Origin: Nitrospirota bacterium
Lineage (GTDB): Bacteria > Nitrospirota > Thermodesulfovibrionia > UBA6902 > DSMQ01
Assembly: GCA_016208855.1 (NCBI GenBank)
Contig: JACQXF010000079.1
Location: 1-46,817, forward strand
Direction of reading: 5' to 3'
Length of the DNA stretch: 46,817 nucleotides
The translations under genes and the position numbers were made by a program. A model generated the notes under the pieces. That model did no database searches, was not told the origin of the DNA, and worked only from the letters and a program-made list of their open reading frames with translations. Each line of letters starts with the position of its first letter. Position 1 is the first letter of the stretch. Below, in pieces: positions 41,864 to 46,817 of the stretch.

Positions 41864-43918
41864 TTAAGAACGCAATTCAGCTTTGAATGAGCTTTCAAGC
41901 AGGCTTACCATCTTTGAGTGCAGTACATCTACTTCTGCATCTGTCAGCGTCCTGTCTTCTGCCCTGAAGCGTATGGAGAATGCAAGGCTCTTTTTGTCTT
42001 TAGGGATAGGGCTTCCTGTATAAATATCAAATAAAGTAATGCCCTCAATTAAATTAGAGTCTATCCTCGCAATTGCATTCTCTATATCTGCTGCATTGAT
42101 ATCTTTTGAGACAACAATAGATATATCCCTTTCAACATAAGGGTATTTAGGCAAAGACTTGTAAGTAATCTTTGGAAGTATATGCAAAAAAAGGCTGCTC
42201 AGGTTTAATTCAAAGAGCGCTATATCGCCTGTAAGCTCAAGCGCTTCTGCTGCGGCAGGATGCAAAACGCCTAATGAGCCAATCACTTCATTATTGACCT
42301 TTATTGTGCAGGACTTTCCGGGATGAAGGTACGGCTCACATGAGTCAGTATCAACAAAAGAATAATCCTTTACCTTTAATTCAGCCATGAGATTTTCAAG
42401 CGCGCCTTTCAGGTCATAAAAACATTCATGTTTCCCTTCCCAGATAGAAGACGGCATACGGCTGTCTTTCAGGCAAACTGCTCCAAGATGCAGGGGTTCT
42501 TCAGGAAGTTTTTCTTTGGAAGGCAAAAAGACCTTTGAGAGCTCAAAGAACCTTAAAGACTTCTCGCCGTGATTGATGTTTAACCCTATATTCCCAAGCA
42601 GGGCAGGGATAAGGGTAGTCCTTACAGAATTCTCCTCTTTTCTTAGTGGATTCTTTATTTTTATTGTGTTTCTCCTTTTATCATCAGGAGAGAGCCTCAA
42701 CTTATCAAAAACCGAAGGGTTTAGGAAACTGTAATTTATCACTTCAGAGTATCCTGACCTCCTGAGAAAATCCTTTGTAATCTTTATGAGGTTTCTGTGG
42801 GTATTTACTTTGACAGGGGTAAGCCTTACCTTTGGGAAAGTAACGGGGATTTTGTCATATCCGTAGAGCCTCGCTATCTCTTCTATTATATCTATGTCTT
42901 GTTGTATATCCTCTCTAAAACTTGGAGGGATAACTACAAAGGTGTCTCCGGTTTTTTTATTATCAAAGCCAAGCCTCGTTAGAATATCTTGAACCTCAGA
43001 ATCTTTTAAGCTAACGCCGATAATTTTATTTATCTTAGACAGCCCTACGCTTATTTGTCTTAGTGCAAGCGGCTTGGGATGTATGTCTGTGAGTTTGCCT
43101 GCCTTTCCGCCGGCGGTTTGAAGTATTAAATCTACCGCCCTCTCAAGCGCTGTAACTACAGCATTTATATCAACGCCTCTTTCAAATCTGTATGAGGACT
43201 CTGTGCTGAGATTCAGCGCCTTTGACGCCCTTCTTACTGAGGGGGGATTAAAATATGCGCTTTCAAGGAGTATGTCTGATGTTGACAAAGTGACCTCTGT
43301 GTTAAGCCCTCCCATCACGCCTGCCACCGCAACTGGTTTCTCCTTATCCCATATCATGAGGGTATCAGTTTCCAATGCCCTCTCCTCATTGTCAAGCGTG
43401 AAGAACTTATCTATGGAACCTGCCTTATCAACAACAATACCATGGCCTGTAAGATTATTAAGGTCAAAGGCATGAAGCGGCTGCCCCATTTCTAAAAGCA
43501 CATAGTTTGTTGCATCTACGACATTATTTATTGAGCGTATCGCATGGGCCTCAAGGCGTTTTGAAAGCCACTCCGGTGAAGGCGCAATCTTTACTCCTCG
43601 GATTATCCGTGATGCATAACGCCTGCAAAGCTCCGGCGCCTTTATCTCAATCTCAGGCGCTCCGAACTCCTCTTTTATAACAGGGATTTTGGATTTTTTA
43701 AAAGGGAGCGACAGCGAAGCAGCAATCTCCCGCGCAACGCCGATTATGCTAAGGCAGTCAGCCCTGTTAGGTGTGATGTTTACTTCCAGTATAGTATCAC
43801 CGTCAACCTCCTCCACGCCCTCAACCTCTAAGCCTGCCATTGTAAGGGCATTTGCTATCTCAATGGGCTTAGCAGAGAAATCAACAAATTCTTTTAGCCA
43901 GTTAATTGATGCCTTCAT
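41864..43918 (-). CDS. pheT: Phenylalanyl-tRNA synthetase beta subunit (short form)
   Basis: WLKEFV, TPNRADCLS, GQPLHAFD, RFERG, EEIARLYGY, C-terminal anticodon-binding domain (RTLTD). Confidence 0.95.
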   Translation of the reverse strand: MKASINWLKEFVDFSAKPIEIANALTMAGLEVEGVEEVDGDTILEVNITPNRADCLSIIGVAREIAASLSLPFKKSKIPVIKEEFGAPEIEIKAPELCRRYASRIIRGVKIAPSPEWLSKRLEAHAIRSINNVVDATNYVLLEMGQPLHAFDLNNLTGHGIVVDKAGSIDKFFTLDNEERALETDTLMIWDKEKPVAVAGVMGGLNTEVTLSTSDILLESAYFNPPSVRRASKALNLSTESSYRFERGVDINAVVTALERAVDLILQTAGGKAGKLTDIHPKPLALRQISVGLSKINKIIGVSLKDSEVQDILTRLGFDNKKTGDTFVVIPPSFREDIQQDIDIIEEIARLYGYDKIPVTFPKVRLTPVKVNTHRNLIKITKDFLRRSGYSEVINYSFLNPSVFDKLRLSPDDKRRNTIKIKNPLRKEENSVRTTLIPALLGNIGLNINHGEKSLRFFELSKVFLPSKEKLPEEPLHLGAVCLKDSRMPSSIWEGKHECFYDLKGALENLMAELKVKDYSFVDTDSCEPYLHPGKSCTIKVNNEVIGSLGVLHPAAAEALELTGDIALFELNLSSLFLHILPKITYKSLPKYPYVERDISIVVSKDINAADIENAIARIDSNLIEGITLFDIYTGSPIPKDKKSLAFSIRFRAEDRTLTDAEVDVLHSKMVSLLESSFKAELRS

Positions 43919-44934
43919 TAGAACTGCTCCAGAAATCTTTTATCATTTTCAAAGAATAGCCTTAAATCATCAATGCCGTATTTAAGCATGGTAATTCTTT
44001 CTATGCCCATGCCAAAGGCAAACCCAGTGTATTTCTCAGGGTCATATCCGACCATTTCAAACACCTTCGGGTTAATCATTCCGCACCCGAGTATCTCAAT
44101 CCATCCGCTTCCTTTGCATAGCCTGCACCCTGTGCCTCCGCACATAACACAGGCAATATCAACCTCTGCAGAAGGCTCTGTGAATGGGAAGAAGCTTGGC
44201 CTGAATCTTACCCCTGTGTCTTCTCCAAAGATTGCATGAAGGAATAATTCAAGGGCGCCCTTAAGGTCTCCCATTGAGATATGTTCATCAACCATAAAAC
44301 CTTCTATCTGATGAAACATCGGTGTATGGGTTACGTCTGCATCGCATCTGTATACCTTGCCTGGTGCAATAACCCTCAGGGGCGGCTTGTTTTTTTGCAT
44401 TACGCGCACCTGTACAGGAGACGTGTGGGTTCTTAGGACGACGTCGTCTGTAATATAGAATGTATCCTGCATGTCTCTGGCAGGATGGTCACGCGGGATA
44501 TTAAGGGCCTCAAAATTATAATAGTCAAGCTCTATCTCAGGGCCTTCCTCTATAACAAATCCCAGAGATGAAAAGACATCTACGATCTCGTCAAGCACCC
44601 TGCTTATTGGATGCTTGTGCCCTGCGGGGATAAAATTTCCCGGAACGGTTACGTCAATGCGGTTGGCTTTAAGCCCGGACTCAAGTTCAGAGGCCTTAAA
44701 GAACGACTCTTTTTGATTGAGGATGCTTTCTATATGATTCTTTGTTTCGTTAAGCGTCTTGCCGTATTCAGGCCTGATTTCTTTGGGAACGGAGCCGAGA
44801 GACTTTATCTTATCTGTGAGGACACCCTTTTTGCCTAAGTATTTTACTCTAAGCGACTGTATTGCTTTAAGGTCGTTTGCACCCTTTATCTCTTCTTCAG
44901 CAATAGCCTTTATAGAAAGGATGTCCTCTACCAC
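43918..44934 (-). CDS. pheS: Phenylalanyl-tRNA synthetase alpha subunit
   Basis: HPARDMQDTF, LRTHTS, FPFTEPS, GFAFGMGIER. Confidence 0.97.
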   Translation of the reverse strand: MVEDILSIKAIAEEEIKGANDLKAIQSLRVKYLGKKGVLTDKIKSLGSVPKEIRPEYGKTLNETKNHIESILNQKESFFKASELESGLKANRIDVTVPGNFIPAGHKHPISRVLDEIVDVFSSLGFVIEEGPEIELDYYNFEALNIPRDHPARDMQDTFYITDDVVLRTHTSPVQVRVMQKNKPPLRVIAPGKVYRCDADVTHTPMFHQIEGFMVDEHISMGDLKGALELFLHAIFGEDTGVRFRPSFFPFTEPSAEVDIACVMCGGTGCRLCKGSGWIEILGCGMINPKVFEMVGYDPEKYTGFAFGMGIERITMLKYGIDDLRLFFENDKRFLEQF

Positions 44935-44939
44935 TCACG

Positions 44940-45293
44940 CTAAACCTTGCTTTTTACTGTTTCACAGAGTTCGCTGAAGGCTTTTGGGTCTCTGACAGCT
45001 AAATCAGCAAGCGCTTTTCTGTTAAGCTTTATATCTGCCTTCGTAAGCCCGTTCATGAACTGGCTGTATGTCATGCCTAATGCCCTGACAGCAGCGTTAA
45101 TCCTTGTTATCCACAAAGCCCTGAACTCCCTTTTCTTATTTCTTCTGTCTCTGTATGAATAACCTAAAGCCTTATCAACTGCCTCAGTAGCAATTCTAAA
45201 GAGACGGCTTTTACCGGCATAAAAGCCCTTTGCCATATTCAGGAGCTTTTTTCTGCGCCTTCTTGTTTTAAATCCACCTTTAGCCCTTGGCAT
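44940..45293 (-). CDS. rplT: 50S ribosomal protein L20
   Basis: MPRAKGG...[22 protein letters not shown]. Confidence 0.97.
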   Translation of the reverse strand: MPRAKGGFKTRRRRKKLLNMAKGFYAGKSRLFRIATEAVDKALGYSYRDRRNKKREFRALWITRINAAVRALGMTYSQFMNGLTKADIKLNRKALADLAVRDPKAFSELCETVKSKV

Positions 45294-45399
45294 CTTAAAC
45301 TACCTCCTCATTAAGTCTGTTTAATAGTCCGACAATTATACAATATTAAAAGAAAATTTGGAATACAAAATATTACGGCCTTGCTGTAAGATATAAACC

Positions 45400-46817
45400 A
45401 TGCCTGCGCTTTACCTTATAGACGGCAACTCATATTTCTACCGCGCATTCTATGCCATAAAGGGTTTAACCAATTCCAAAGGTTTCCCCACTAACGCAAT
45501 CTACGGCTTTACCAATATGCTCCTTAAGATTATAAAGGAAAAGAGCCCTGATTACATAGGCGTTGTCTTTGATACGCCTGCGCCAACAGCGAGGCATAAG
45601 GCCTATCAGGAGTATAAGGCGCACAGGCCTAAGATGCCGTATGAGCTTTCAGAGCAGATACCGCATATAAAAGAAATGGTCAGGGCATTCAACCTGCCGG
45701 TGCTTGAGATGGAAGGCTATGAGGCTGACGATATAATTGCGACACTTGCAAAAAGGGCGGAGAAGGAGGGCATGGATGTTTTTATCGTTACAGCGGATAA
45801 AGACATATGCCAGGTATTGAGCGAGAGAATCAGAGCTTATGACACGATGAAGGAGAAGATTACAGAGGAAAAAGATGTCATAGAAAGATTTGGCGTTGAG
45901 CCTGAGAGGCTTCCTGAGATTATGGCATTAACAGGCGATAAATCAGATAATATCCCGGGCGTGCAGGGCATCGGGGAGAAGACGGCAAAAGACCTTATAA
46001 AACAGTTTGGCAGCCTTGATAATCTTATTAAGAATTATTCACAGATAAAGAGTGCAGGGATAAAAGATGCAGTCTCTAAGAACATTGATAATATAAATCT
46101 GAGCCTGATGCTTGCAACGATAGACATAAATGTGCCTGTTGACATATCCATATCAGAGTTTAAGGCAAAGGAGCCTGACTGGCCGGCGCTTTTAAGGCTT
46201 TTTAAGGAATTTGAATTTGGAAGCCTCATTAAACTTGCGCCTGCGAAAAGAAGCCTTGAGAGCGAGTATATAACAGTCGTAAAGGAAGAAGACATGGATA
46301 AAGCTATTAATTCAATAAAAGGTGAACTTGCGCTTGATACAGAGACCACAAGCAAGTATCCGATGCAGGCAGGGCTTGTCGGCATATCTTTCTCCGCTGA
46401 GCCTGAGAAGGCATACTATATACCTCTTGCGCATTCATACGCCGGTGTGCCGGAGCAGCTTTCTAAAAAATATGTTATCAGAGGCATAAGGGAGATACTG
46501 GAGAGTGAGGATATCAAGAAAACAGGACATAATATTAAATACGATTTGCTTGTCCTGAGAGGCGAGGAGATAGAGTTGAGAGGGATTGCATTTGACACAA
46601 TGATTGCCTCTTATCTTTTAAATCCGTCTGTAAGAAACCCTGATCTGCGCGATATCGTATCCAAATATTTAGGTTTTGATTTTGAAACAAGAAGTGAAAA
46701 AGAGATGAATCTTCTCTGCAATACAGATGAAAAAATTATCTATTACTGCAAACTGGCCGATTTTTCTCATCAGATTGCAAAGGCTATTGAGGGTCTGCTT
46801 AAAAAAGAGTCTCTTTT
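45400..46817 (+). CDS. polA: DNA polymerase I, 5' part (runs off the window)
   Basis: MPALYLIDGNSYFYRAFYA...PTNAIYGF...YKAHR...EADD...GDKSDNIPGVQGIGEKTA, then 3'-5' exonuclease motifs DTET and GHNIKYD. Confidence 0.93.
   Translation, partial: MPALYLIDGNSYFYRAFYAIKGLTNSKGFPTNAIYGFTNMLLKIIKEKSPDYIGVVFDTPAPTARHKAYQEYKAHRPKMPYELSEQIPHIKEMVRAFNLPVLEMEGYEADDIIATLAKRAEKEGMDVFIVTADKDICQVLSERIRAYDTMKEKITEEKDVIERFGVEPERLPEIMALTGDKSDNIPGVQGIGEKTAKDLIKQFGSLDNLIKNYSQIKSAGIKDAVSKNIDNINLSLMLATIDINVPVDISISEFKAKEPDWPALLRLFKEFEFGSLIKLAPAKRSLESEYITVVKEEDMDKAINSIKGELALDTETTSKYPMQAGLVGISFSAEPEKAYYIPLAHSYAGVPEQLSKKYVIRGIREILESEDIKKTGHNIKYDLLVLRGEEIELRGIAFDTMIASYLLNPSVRNPDLRDIVSKYLGFDFETRSEKEMNLLCNTDEKIIYYCKLADFSHQIAKAIEGLLKKESL

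Overview
Bacterial window with two parts, read by eye without database searches. The gene content loosely suggests a Nitrospirota/Desulfobacterota-like organism, which is a weak inference. (1) Bases 1 to ~29,100 are a + strand accessory/defence island ending at the 3' end of a tRNA-Leu(GAG). It starts with the tail of an IS4-type element and an uncharacterised operon (membrane proteins, vWA, Ycf46-like AAA+ ATPase, PflX-like radical SAM, bPH_2). A mosaic type III CRISPR locus follows: a fused NrN(DHH)-CorA effector of the SAM-AMP-signalling type, a 41-codon cmr1 stub, a short HD-less Cas10 (GGDE), Csx10, a double Cas7, a Cas7 with insertion, a csx3-like remnant, cas6 in frame with RT-cas1, two intact cas2 genes and two cas2 remnants, and a 14-repeat array. 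No separate cas11 or csx19 is visible. A HerA/VirB4/TraG-like ATPase gene directly follows the post-array cas2 remnant. Four toxin-antitoxin pairs are interleaved, two of them flanked by duplications of the upstream gene end. The three leader-proximal spacers all target variants of one protein-coding motif. (2) Bases ~29,200-46,817 are housekeeping genes: PilZ, mlaE, mlaF (frameshifted by a 17-bp duplication), mlaD, a VCBS protein, uppS, cdsA, dxr, rseP, NUDIX, aconitase, a tRNA nucleotidyltransferase, pheT, pheS, rplT and the 5' part of polA.
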